Of a stretch of 64,000 bases of DNA, positions 39,084 to 48,157 are shown one piece after another. The DNA lies in NCBI GenBank assembly GCA_964653595.1, contig CAZZHH010000011.1, forward strand, positions 2,178-66,177, written 5' to 3'. This stretch comes from an uncultured Lentimicrobiaceae bacterium. GTDB lineage: Bacteria; Bacteroidota; Bacteroidia; Bacteroidales; WCHB1-69. How positions within the stretch are numbered: the stretch's first letter is position 1; the number at the start of each line of letters is the position of its first letter. Position numbers and translations under genes: made by a program. The notes below the pieces were generated by a model, which was given only the letters and a program-made list of their open reading frames with translations, made no database searches and was not told the DNA's origin.

Positions 39084-39314
39084 AATTCTTCCAAAAAACA
39101 TTTTCTAAGATTGAATTTCTCACCTGAATTGGACATTTTTATTATTTTAGTGTTCATCGACCATGATTTCATAAACATTTGACAATAAACATATTGCATA
39201 TAAATATTGTACAGATACAGAAACTCAAACAACCTTTATTTATATAAATAGTCAACATCCTCTAATTTTGTATAAGAAAAAACATTTAGCCTTAAACAAA
39301 AATTTTGGATAGAC

Positions 39315-42300
39315 ATGAAACGATTAAAACACATTTGGCTTTTATCATGTACAATATTTGCTCTTAGTATAACAGCACAAAGCTATGTAGAGATAGGTAC
39401 AGGAACCATAAGCACTTCTTATCCCACTTATTCGGTATGGAACAATGGATGGTTTAGCATGATCCAACCACAATCGGCAGTAGGGCCAGCAAAAACCATT
39501 ACAAAAATTGCCTTTAACTGCATCAATGGGCCTAAAACAAGTGTAAACCAAAAAATATACTTAAAACACACCTCTGCTTCCATTTTTGGGGATGCCAGTT
39601 ACGAAAATCCGAGCACAAACGGATACACCTTAGTATATGATGGCGCAATCAATTACAATGGATGGACAGAAATTACCTTATTAACTCCATTTTCCTATAA
39701 TGGCATCGATCATTTGATCATACATTATGAAAACAGGTCGAATTCGGCAAATTATGCCAATTTTGCATCCACAGCATCCGTCACAAACAACAATAAAGGT
39801 GCTGGCAATGACGCTAGTTTTCCGACTGGTTCTGGTTATTTAAACCCTTATCCTTCTAGTTTACCAAATGTTCGTTTATATTATGCTTCTACTGGACCAG
39901 CAACACCAGCAAACCCAATTCCAGCAGTGAATGCACAGAAAGTAAATTTAAATATTCAACCTACTTTTGAATTAGGAACAAATACTACTTCATACGATGT
40001 ATATCTTTCCACCGATTCAGCATCCGTAGCATCTTCAAACAGCAGTGCTTTAGTAGCTTCAAACATAGCGATTTCAACAGCGGGAACCTATAGCTACACT
40101 CCATCCAATATTTTAGCCGCGTCTACTAATTACTTTTGGAAAGTAATTGCAAAAGATGCAACCCTTAGTGAATCTTCTATCGTTTGGAAATTTACCACCC
40201 AAAATGTTATTTCAACGATGCCCTACACTCAGGGATTTGAAGGTCAAGATGTAATTTGGGATGGATATTATGGCATTAGTGATTGGAGTTATCCTACCAC
40301 TGGAAATGAGATGTTGTGGCATAAATCAAGTGTGGATTATGCCCGTAGTGGAAATAATTGCATGAAAGCAGATCCCTCCTCCTCGGTAGTTTCTGTATCA
40401 TCTACCCTTATGTCGCCACGCATATTCTTACCAACCAATCAGAGAATCTCCTTTTGGTGGCTCAATGGACAGTTAGCAAAGACATCTGGCAAAGACACTA
40501 CCTACTTTGAAGTGACTAACGATGGTGGCATAACTTGGACAACCTTAGAGATACTATCTCCTGCATCTGCACAAAATGCTTATATAAATGTGACCAAGGA
40601 TTTATCATTGTATGCGGGAAATAACACCTATATCCGCTGGAGATATGTGAAATCGGCTCTTGCTTCTTCCCCTACCTATATCGATGATATCGTAATTGAG
40701 CCTATCCCATCAGGTGCAATAATGGAATTAAGCAACACAACTTATACTTACACTCCGATATACAAAAATGCGCATACCAAAACACGCGTGGCCATCCGAA
40801 ACAACGGAACAACCAATTTAGTAGTAACGGGAGCAACCGTTTCCGCTCCCTATACTTGTACATACTCTGGAACAATACTTCCTGGCACATCCGATACTGC
40901 AACCATCGTTTTTGATGGAACAAATGTTGGTATTTTTAATCAACCACTCACCTTTAACAGTAATGGGACAGGTGCAAATACGGTTCAATTATCGGGTGAA
41001 GTAAAAGAATCTGTAAACTCATTTTACGAAACATTTGATGCAGTTTCGATAGGTCAGCTACCATTAAGCTGGAGTAAACTTCGAAGTGCTGATCCATATC
41101 AATCATTAAATGACATAGCAGTAAAATCGTCGAGTATAGATGCACATTCAGCGCCAAATGTGGTTAAAATGTACAACAACTCCGATTCAATTTCGTCCTT
41201 AATAATGCTCACTCCAGGTACCACAAACTTTGCAACAAACACATTTAAGTTTTGGGCTAGTAAAACCTGGGGCAACATAAATACAGTTGAATTAATTGTT
41301 GGATTAATGGACGATCCATATGATGCTACCTCTTTTGAGACAGTACAATCATTTACATTAGCAGACTCCATGGAGTTATTTTCATTAACTTTTAATCCTT
41401 CCAATTTAAAACCATACATCGCATTTAAACATGGCCAAAACAGGCAAATGCAAAGCATATGGGTAGATGACATTGAATGGCAAGGAATTATTAATCAACC
41501 TCCTTCTGCAGCAGCTGTTGTTTTTCCTGCAAACGACACCATCAATATTGAACAACTGGTTACACTGAAATGGACTGCTACGGGCGGAAACCCAACTGGA
41601 TATAAATTATACGTAGGCACCAATAATCCTCCAACAAACATGGTAAACGGAGTTGATTTAGGGAATGTGCTTCAATACGCTATTTCGAATGAGCTAGATT
41701 ATTCTACCAACTATTTTTGGAAAGTAGTACCTTATAACAATTTTGGAGATGCAACAACTTGTCCTATTTGGGAATTCAAGGTAATGGATGACCCAACTAT
41801 CACTGTTTACCCATGGAACGAAGGTTTTGAAAGTGTAACTCCAGGAGCAGGGTTTAACTATCCTTTGGGATGGAGAGTTATCAACAACAACGATGCATGG
41901 GCATGTTGGGATGTAATAGCCAACTCGCCTAGCAGTCCACAAAATGCACATTCTGGAAACCTAGGAATGCACACTGCATTTACCTACCTCAACCCTCAAA
42001 ACGACTGGTTGCTAACTCCTCCGATGATGCTTCAAAGTGGAACGACCTATCAATTTAGTTTCTGGTTGAAATCGCCATTCTATGTAGATAGCCAAACACA
42101 AGACACTACATTCGAAAAATTTGAAGTAATGTTTGGGAATGCCCCCATTACAGATAGTTTAAGCACGGTAATTTATCGCAATGAGACATTAAGAATACCA
42201 AATTACACTCAAATATCGCAAGTTATTACACCATCAACAACGGGGAAATATTATGTTGGTTTTCACACCTATAGTGAGCCATTACAATGGCTAGTAATTA

Positions 42301-42593
42301 TCGATGATGTCAGCATGAGTATTCTTCAAGGGGTAAGTGAGCATACATCTTCAAATGATATTTCAATATATCCAAATCCATCAAAAGGTGTATTTAATGT
42401 ACAGCTTAAAAACAACCTTGAACCAAATGCCACTTTAAGGGTATTAAATACATTTGGGCAAGAAGTTTACAAAAATCCATTAACCTCAACTAATCACACC
42501 ATCAATATTTCTGGCTTATCAGATGGATTTTATTTCGTTAACATTCTAAATGGAAGCACCTCTTCCACCTTCAAAATCATCATCAAACAATAA
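39315..42593 (+). CDS. T9SS type A CTD protein, multi-domain adhesin-like (beta-sandwich, FN3-like, cleaved-adhesin/choice-of-anchor J-like, Ig-like)
   Basis: Signal peptide; repeated YFWKV..KFTT FN3-like modules; repeated PYTQGFE/SFYETFD/YPWNEGFE lectin-like modules; QNDWLLTP; CTD IYPNPSKG...LSDGFYFV. Confidence 0.85.
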   Translation: MKRLKHIWLLSCTIFALSITAQSYVEIGTGTISTSYPTYSVWNNGWFSMIQPQSAVGPAKTITKIAFNCINGPKTSVNQKIYLKHTSASIFGDASYENPSTNGYTLVYDGAINYNGWTEITLLTPFSYNGIDHLIIHYENRSNSANYANFASTASVTNNNKGAGNDASFPTGSGYLNPYPSSLPNVRLYYASTGPATPANPIPAVNAQKVNLNIQPTFELGTNTTSYDVYLSTDSASVASSNSSALVASNIAISTAGTYSYTPSNILAASTNYFWKVIAKDATLSESSIVWKFTTQNVISTMPYTQGFEGQDVIWDGYYGISDWSYPTTGNEMLWHKSSVDYARSGNNCMKADPSSSVVSVSSTLMSPRIFLPTNQRISFWWLNGQLAKTSGKDTTYFEVTNDGGITWTTLEILSPASAQNAYINVTKDLSLYAGNNTYIRWRYVKSALASSPTYIDDIVIEPIPSGAIMELSNTTYTYTPIYKNAHTKTRVAIRNNGTTNLVVTGATVSAPYTCTYSGTILPGTSDTATIVFDGTNVGIFNQPLTFNSNGTGANTVQLSGEVKESVNSFYETFDAVSIGQLPLSWSKLRSADPYQSLNDIAVKSSSIDAHSAPNVVKMYNNSDSISSLIMLTPGTTNFATNTFKFWASKTWGNINTVELIVGLMDDPYDATSFETVQSFTLADSMELFSLTFNPSNLKPYIAFKHGQNRQMQSIWVDDIEWQGIINQPPSAAAVVFPANDTINIEQLVTLKWTATGGNPTGYKLYVGTNNPPTNMVNGVDLGNVLQYAISNELDYSTNYFWKVVPYNNFGDATTCPIWEFKVMDDPTITVYPWNEGFESVTPGAGFNYPLGWRVINNNDAWACWDVIANSPSSPQNAHSGNLGMHTAFTYLNPQNDWLLTPPMMLQSGTTYQFSFWLKSPFYVDSQTQDTTFEKFEVMFGNAPITDSLSTVIYRNETLRIPNYTQISQVITPSTTGKYYVGFHTYSEPLQWLVIIDDVSMSILQGVSEHTSSNDISIYPNPSKGVFNVQLKNNLEPNATLRVLNTFGQEVYKNPLTSTNHTINISGLSDGFYFVNILNGSTSSTFKIIIKQ

Positions 42594-42622
42594 TCCCTAT
42601 ATTCCCTTTGTTAGATGAATGT

Positions 42623-42650
42623 AAGCGACCAAATACGGTCGCTTTTTTTT
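42623..42650 (+). terminator. Intrinsic terminator
   Basis: AAGCGACC-aaatac-GGTCGCTT followed by a T-run. Confidence 0.8.
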
Positions 42651-42842
42651 GTACTATAAAATATTTACCTAATCCGAAGAAGACTAGCCTCCAACAGCTT
42701 TGTCTTACAGAGCCACCCTAATGGTGGAGAAGCATCTGTACCGAAAAAGCAGGGTAAGAACATGGGTCTTCTAGTAGCGATTTTGGCATAAAAACCGCTT
42801 TGTTTCGCAGCAATTTTTTCGCCAAAATCGAGTTGGTTGTTG

Positions 42843-43160
42843 GCCTATTAACCCCACGCTCCGCGTGAGGTTAATAGGCTTCGACCCCTTCGGGGCCGTG
42901 GCTTCGCAAGTCGTACAACCATGTTCGACCCCTTCGGGGCCGTGTCTGGGCATCTTATCCAGACTTTTCTGCACCTTCGGTGCCCTGGGATTCGGAAGTT
43001 TGACCACTTTGTTCGACGCCTTCGGCGCTGGGGCTTTGCAACTTCATTGGGACTATTCTACGCCTTCGGCGCCATGGCTTCGCAATCTGAACGTGACCTG
43101 TTCGGCGCCTTCTGAGTCAGAGATTCGCAACTTAAAGCACCTGATTCGGGGCCATCAGTA
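42843..43160. repeat. GC-rich REP/BIME-like cluster: one 17-bp hairpin plus seven ~44-nt degenerate tandem units
   Basis: Hairpin GCCTATTAACCCCACGC-tcc-GCGTGAGGTTAATAGGC (42843-42879). Units start at 42880, 42924, 42967, 43012, 43056, 43101 and 43145, with consensus TTCGAC(C/G)CCTTCGG(G/C)GCC.TGGCTTCGCAA plus a 14-15 nt variable segment. Confidence 0.8.
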
Positions 43161-43419
43161 ATGGAAATTCACAACATGGATAAACACTATGGATGGCCTT
43201 AGATGGTCGGAGCATCTCAATAGGATTAAACCTATTATTTAGTATTCGGCACCAAGTATAACTTATAATGATTTTTTTAAAAAAGCAACAAACGTTAGAA
43301 ATTTTTCAGTCAATACCGATAATGAAAGAACAATTAATCGCTGAAAACACACAATCTATGAGGAATATTGTTCTTTATTTTCGAAAAAATCCGTAAATTG
43401 CGTTCCAAAAAACTCAATA

Positions 43420-45036
43420 ATGAATAAATTATCCTTTAAACATCTGACAATCATACTAATTATATGCCTTTTAACTTTTTCTAGCAAAGGTCAATCCTTA
43501 GATAACAAAAAGGTAATTAAATATAACAATTGGCATAATGCAGATTTGAAAAAAGACAAAAAAAATGGAGTTTCTACCGATCTGGCATATTCTGATCTAT
43601 TATCCCACAAAAAATCAACTCCAATTATAGTGGCAGTAATTGACGGAGGAGTAGATATTTATCACGAAGATCTGAAAGAAGTTATTTGGAATAATCCCAA
43701 TGAAATACCAGATAATGGCATCGATGATGACAAAAATGGGTTTATCGACGACATACATGGATGGAGTTTTTTAGGAGTTGGACCCAAAGGGAGTTTAATT
43801 TATGATAATTTAGAAATTACTAGAGAATATAAGCGGTTAAAGCAAAAATTTGAAAACCAAAAGTTAGATCGATTATCTAAGTCGGATAGTATAGAATACA
43901 ACTACTTTTTGAAAATAAAAGAAAAGTACACAAAGGAGAGCTTGAATGCAGAAACGATGTACAATTTTTTTGTAAAAATTAAAGATGATTGGGATATTTC
44001 AACCTCAGATATTAAGTTACATTTGAAGAAAGATACGATCACATTAAAAGACGTAAAAGCCTTAAAAGCCGAATCAGGAAGTGCAATCCAATATTCCAGA
44101 GACTATTTGTTGACATTGATGAGACAAGGAGTAACTTCTGAGGAGATAAATACATCCTATAACCACTTTGAAGGTCTTTATAAATACCACTACAATCTCG
44201 GATATGAAGGCCGTTTGGAAGTTGGCGACAATCCATTGAATTTTAGCGACATCCACTACGGAAATAAGGATGTTAAAGGGAATAGACCTTCGCATGGTAC
44301 TTTTATAGCAGGGATAATTGCAGCCAAAAGAGATAATAACATAGGGATAAATGGCATAGCAGATAATGTGAAAATTATGTCGTTGGTAGTGGTCCCCGAT
44401 GGCGATGAGCGAGACAAAGATGTTGCTCTAGCAATAAGATATGCAACCGATAATGGTGCAAAAATCATCAACATGAGTTTTGGCAAAGATTATTCGCCCA
44501 ACAAAAAAGAAGTGGTTGAAGCAATCGAATATGCAGCTGCACATAATGTTTTGCTAGTTCATGCTGCTGGCAATGATGCTACAAGTAATGACACCATAAT
44601 CAAATTTCCTTCTCTGCCCCAAACGAGTGTAGCAACCAAATCCTTTATTGTAGTAGGTGCCTCAACAATTTATAAAAACAAAAAAATACCAGCAGATTTT
44701 TCTAATTATGGAATAAATAGTGTAGATATTTTTGCACCTGGAGAAGATATTTACTCTACAAACCCCGAAAACACCTATGAGATTGGAAGTGGAACTAGCT
44801 TTGCATGTCCAGTCGTTTCTGGCGTTGCAGCATTGTTATGGTCCTATTACCCAAATCTTAGCTCAAAACAAGTAAAAGAAATTTTGATGAAATCAGGGGT
44901 GAGTTTTGCAAACAAACAAGTGTTACTTCCTAACCCCTATGGACTAAAAAAACTTAAAATTGATTTTGGCAAGTTATCTATTTCTGGCAAAATTGTAAAT
45001 GCCTACAACGCACTAAAAATGGCAGAAACATACTAG
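43420..45036 (+). CDS. S8 (subtilisin-like) serine peptidase, secreted
   Basis: Triad VAVIDGG (D), HGTFIAG (H), GTSFACP (S), oxyanion AAGND; helical insert between D and H typical of Bacteroidetes S8 enzymes. Confidence 0.93.
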   Translation: MNKLSFKHLTIILIICLLTFSSKGQSLDNKKVIKYNNWHNADLKKDKKNGVSTDLAYSDLLSHKKSTPIIVAVIDGGVDIYHEDLKEVIWNNPNEIPDNGIDDDKNGFIDDIHGWSFLGVGPKGSLIYDNLEITREYKRLKQKFENQKLDRLSKSDSIEYNYFLKIKEKYTKESLNAETMYNFFVKIKDDWDISTSDIKLHLKKDTITLKDVKALKAESGSAIQYSRDYLLTLMRQGVTSEEINTSYNHFEGLYKYHYNLGYEGRLEVGDNPLNFSDIHYGNKDVKGNRPSHGTFIAGIIAAKRDNNIGINGIADNVKIMSLVVVPDGDERDKDVALAIRYATDNGAKIINMSFGKDYSPNKKEVVEAIEYAAAHNVLLVHAAGNDATSNDTIIKFPSLPQTSVATKSFIVVGASTIYKNKKIPADFSNYGINSVDIFAPGEDIYSTNPENTYEIGSGTSFACPVVSGVAALLWSYYPNLSSKQVKEILMKSGVSFANKQVLLPNPYGLKKLKIDFGKLSISGKIVNAYNALKMAETY

Positions 45037-45094
45037 TAGTTATAATAATCAATTAAGAAAAACAGGAGCGATTAAAAAAACTTTTCAAACTACC

Positions 45095-45487
45095 TTATTT
45101 CATTGTTTTTTTTCTCATTTTTTCAATTTGAGAATCGCTATACCTCAACCCTTTAGGAATATTCTTTAGAAATCGAACCTCTTTTTTTGTCCTTTTATTC
45201 TCTTGATGTGCCATCTTACATGTTTTCACAAGATCCCCATTAGAATTTAACTTAGCGTATACGTATCCTCCCTTTTTATTAGAAAGCAAAGTATAGCCAT
45301 CTATCGTTTCACCCCAATGTATATACTCGTCGCCCTTTAGGGAAAAAAGCAACATGGTGCCATCTGGCTGCTGATACTCGATAGGGTTGGGATTTGCAGG
45401 AGCTTTATTCACCTGGCCTTTAACCGCCAATACAGACACAAAGAATAAAATTAATAATACCCCAAACTTAAAATTTTTCATATTCAA
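45095..45487 (-). CDS. Secreted protein resembling the N-terminal prodomain of M6 (immune inhibitor A-like) metalloproteases, stand-alone
   Basis: Signal peptide followed by APANPNP..QQPDGT....LKGDE..HW..T.DGYTLL...GGY.YA; protein ends at 130 aa with no HExxH. Confidence 0.7.
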   Translation of the reverse strand: MNMKNFKFGVLLILFFVSVLAVKGQVNKAPANPNPIEYQQPDGTMLLFSLKGDEYIHWGETIDGYTLLSNKKGGYVYAKLNSNGDLVKTCKMAHQENKRTKKEVRFLKNIPKGLRYSDSQIEKMRKKTMK

Positions 45488-45551
45488 TTTTTTAAAATAT
45501 AACGTAAACGATTATCAACTCATTATCTGAAAACAAATATTACCCATTCTT

Positions 45552-45908
45552 TCAACAAAAGTAATAATTCCAAATTACATTTGAAATAAACAAAGCAATC
45601 AAGACCGAAAATAAAATGACTGTACTATACGTGATACCTATAAACCACAAAAAGTGTTTCTCAATCGTTTTGTTTTTAGATAGAAAAATGGAAACAATAT
45701 TGAGAACTATAAGTAAAACCAACACACATTTAAAAGCAGATAAAATCAAATAATTTGCAGATGGGATATCATTCACAAAAGAATCTACATACACCATTAT
45801 TTCTGAGGCGAATATAAATGCAATTATTTGAAAAAAAATGGAAATAAAATTCCAAACAAAAACAAACAAGGTAACGATATTATTATTGCTCATTATATCC
45901 AATTTCAA
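45552..45908 (-). CDS. Small hypothetical membrane protein (3 TM)
   Basis: Three hydrophobic segments; TATATTTG box at 45914-45921 on the minus strand suggests the start is the internal MSNNN. Confidence 0.5.
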   Translation of the reverse strand: MKLDIMSNNNIVTLFVFVWNFISIFFQIIAFIFASEIMVYVDSFVNDIPSANYLILSAFKCVLVLLIVLNIVSIFLSKNKTIEKHFLWFIGITYSTVILFSVLIALFISNVIWNYYFC

Positions 45909-46154
45909 TGCAACAAATATACAAAAAAACTAAGATAATAATGGTTTAAAACGCAACTAGTGCATCTATCTTTGTTTAAATAGGATGGGAAAACAAACAA
46001 GCAAATATTGAAATAAAATGTCTTTGTATAATTTTATTGCAAAAATTGGAATAATTACGTGATCCATTTCAATTTGCGACATAAAAAACAAAAAAACGAT
46101 TAAACAAAGTCCAAAAAAATGAGTTTAATAAAATATAAACTAAATTAAAACCAT

Positions 46155-46331
46155 ATGGACACAAAAGAAAACGTATTAAAGACTTTAAAATCCTCAAATA
46201 AGCCTTTGAAATCAGGAGAAATTGCAGAGTTAATGGGTATTGACAAAAAAGAGATTGACAAAGCCATTAAAGATTTAAAAAAAGAGGAAAAAATCATCTC
46301 CCCAAAGATGTGCTTTTATCAAGCAAAGTAA
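46155..46331 (+). CDS. 58-aa winged-helix DNA-binding-like protein
   Basis: Manual translation MDTKENVLKTLKSSNKPLKSGEIAELMGIDKKEIDKAIKDLKKEEKIISPKMCFYQAK*; HTH pattern EIAELMGI.KKEID.AI..L; below the ORF-track cutoff. Confidence 0.8.
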   Translation: MDTKENVLKTLKSSNKPLKSGEIAELMGIDKKEIDKAIKDLKKEEKIISPKMCFYQAK

Positions 46332-46340
46332 ATAACAATT

Positions 46341-46371
46341 AAAAGGCATTAAAAAAGGTTTAATGCCTTTT
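46341..46371. terminator. Bidirectional intrinsic terminator
   Basis: AAAAGGCATTAAA-aaagg-TTTAATGCCTTTT between convergent genes. Confidence 0.8.
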
Positions 46372-46382
46372 TTGATAAATTT

Positions 46383-46694
46383 TTACGACATCATTTTTAT
46401 TACGAAAAGCTCAAGAACCTTGTCATGGGGATTTGACCATGAACGATTTTCAATTTGAGGTACAAATGCAAGTTCATTTTCGGACAATTCGAAAACATCT
46501 TGTTCTACTTCAAGTTTACCTGCACCAGATTTTACGATAAAAAGCACATCGAAGGGGTTTTTATGTATCGGAATTGACTCTCCTTTTTGAAGTGTAAGAT
46601 GAATTATTTCAAGCCCCAACTCACTAAAACATTTAATTGCTTTTGGAGAAGGTAACACCTCCTGATGATCTGAATTTTTATAAATTTTTGCCAT
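46383..46694 (-). CDS. Cupin domain protein
   Basis: GESIPIHKNP...VKSGAG.LEV...N cupin-2 pattern. Confidence 0.85.
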   Translation of the reverse strand: MAKIYKNSDHQEVLPSPKAIKCFSELGLEIIHLTLQKGESIPIHKNPFDVLFIVKSGAGKLEVEQDVFELSENELAFVPQIENRSWSNPHDKVLELFVIKMMS

Positions 46695-46748
46695 ATAATT
46701 AGATTTTAGTTACTTTATCTACCATGTAAATACTTATGAATGAACACA

Positions 46749-47498
46749 TTACTTTATTAGTAGCTTTTTAAATGCAACACTGTCATATCGATATACATTT
46801 CTATCAAATGTGAAATCAATTCCAGGGATAACAAAGGAATCGGTATGTTGCCAAAAAACCCATTTTGTAGATGTATCTGGAACAGCCCTATAATCACATA
46901 TCCAAAGAGGATATTCCAGGCTAATTTTACCTTTTAAATATTTCTTATAAAAACGCCATGGGCAGTAAATAATTGGTTTTACGCGATAATGCTCCTCCAC
47001 TACCTTAATCCAACTTAATATTTCTTTGGTCACCTTTTTTACATTCGGCATCTTTTGTTTAAACTCCACATCTAATACCGGTGGCAAATCCCCTTTTGAC
47101 AATTTAACTTTAGAAATGAAATACTTAGCTTGAAGACTACCAGCAGATTTATAGCTAAAGAAATGGTAGGCACCCCTCACAATTTGATGTTTTTTTAAAA
47201 AAACCCAATTCGAATCATACTCTTTATCCGATATGGTAACACCTTCGGTGGCTTTGATGAAAATAAAATTTGGCTTTGTAACAATTACTTTCGACCAGTC
47301 CACTTTTCCATTGTGATGAGAGATATCTAACCCCCAAATGGGATACATTTGTGTACTAACTCCATTTTCTTTAGCCTTTCGAGAAAAAAAATTAATACCG
47401 TTCTGCCAATTGGTAAACCAATAAAACCCAAAACCAAACAATAGTAATACAAAAACAAATATGAGAGCAGTAACTTTTCTTTTTCGTCGTAATTTCAT
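46749..47498 (-). CDS. GH25 family lysozyme/muramidase with N-terminal anchor
   Basis: GLDISHHNG, IKATEG, RGAYHF, PPVLDVE (DxE), FWQHT, FDRN. Confidence 0.92.
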   Translation of the reverse strand: MKLRRKRKVTALIFVFVLLLFGFGFYWFTNWQNGINFFSRKAKENGVSTQMYPIWGLDISHHNGKVDWSKVIVTKPNFIFIKATEGVTISDKEYDSNWVFLKKHQIVRGAYHFFSYKSAGSLQAKYFISKVKLSKGDLPPVLDVEFKQKMPNVKKVTKEILSWIKVVEEHYRVKPIIYCPWRFYKKYLKGKISLEYPLWICDYRAVPDTSTKWVFWQHTDSFVIPGIDFTFDRNVYRYDSVAFKKLLIK

Positions 47499-48133
47499 AT
47501 CTGTTTCTCTAAACTTAAATGACCAATGTTGTTTAGTTCTACTACAGAATAAATTTTGCGATCACAATCGTAATCAATAGATGTAACCCCAGTATTATGA
47601 TGAGGATATTGGTCCATTTCGGAGAGAGGAGCTTGAAGAATGTGACACATTACAATTCGAAGAATACGTTGATGCAGGCAGACTACGATGGTATTTTGAT
47701 TTTGAGTGTGGATAATTTTTTCAAATCCTCTTTCTACTCTTGTGAGTGCTTCAAATGGGGATTCACCACCTGGAAATTTGGAATGATAATCGCCAGACCG
47801 CCATTTTTCGATTATCTCTCTTAAAATAGAATCCCCTTTAGAATCAAATATTGGCAATCCCTCTGTCTCTCCAAAATTTAACTCATCTAAATCGGCAATA
47901 AAAGAATAGCCAACTCCCTTATCTATTATAGGTTTCATCGTTTGATACGTTCTTTTTAACGTAGACAAATAGATGTGATCGATGGGAATTTTTAAAAATT
48001 TATGAGCCAACAAGTCTCGCTGTATGATGCCAGTTTCATTTAACTCCGAATCGATTCTTCTGCCCTGAACGATCCCTTCTACATTAAACCGAGTTTCGCC
48101 ATGTCTAACTAAATATATTCTCTTAATATTCAT
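47495..48133 (-). CDS. Histidine phosphatase (phosphoglycerate mutase-like) family protein
   Basis: LVRHGET, LNETG, RTYQT, DELNFG, GGES, VCLH. Confidence 0.9.
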   Translation of the reverse strand: MNIKRIYLVRHGETRFNVEGIVQGRRIDSELNETGIIQRDLLAHKFLKIPIDHIYLSTLKRTYQTMKPIIDKGVGYSFIADLDELNFGETEGLPIFDSKGDSILREIIEKWRSGDYHSKFPGGESPFEALTRVERGFEKIIHTQNQNTIVVCLHQRILRIVMCHILQAPLSEMDQYPHHNTGVTSIDYDCDRKIYSVVELNNIGHLSLEKQI

Positions 48134-48157
48134 CTGTTTTTTTTACAAAAATACAAA

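Noticed and set aside
39084-39314. AraC operator (ATAAACAT at 39171 and 39185)
   Set aside because: AT-rich 8-mer with 14-nt spacing, not distinguishable from chance in this composition.
42700-42770. tRNA or tmRNA gene on the minus strand ending CTCCACCA
   Set aside because: No T-arm or acceptor-stem partner could be folded; only the 3' octamer matches.
42880-43160. Canonical CRISPR array
   Set aside because: Repeats are too degenerate, variable segments are only ~14-15 nt, the period is ~44 nt, and there is no leader or cas gene. Kept as a REP-like or unknown array instead.
42771-43161. ORF-track ORFs 42771-43007 (-), 42865-43161 (+), 42921-43115 (+)
   Set aside because: By-products of the GC-rich repeat. 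Unit lengths of 43-45 nt shift the frame, so repeat-derived peptides appear in different frames; composition is not protein-like.
36960-47498. Phage lysis cassette (holin-family gene plus GH25 lysozyme)
   Set aside because: The genes are ~9.4 kb apart, on opposite strands, in housekeeping contexts, with no phage structural or integrase genes.
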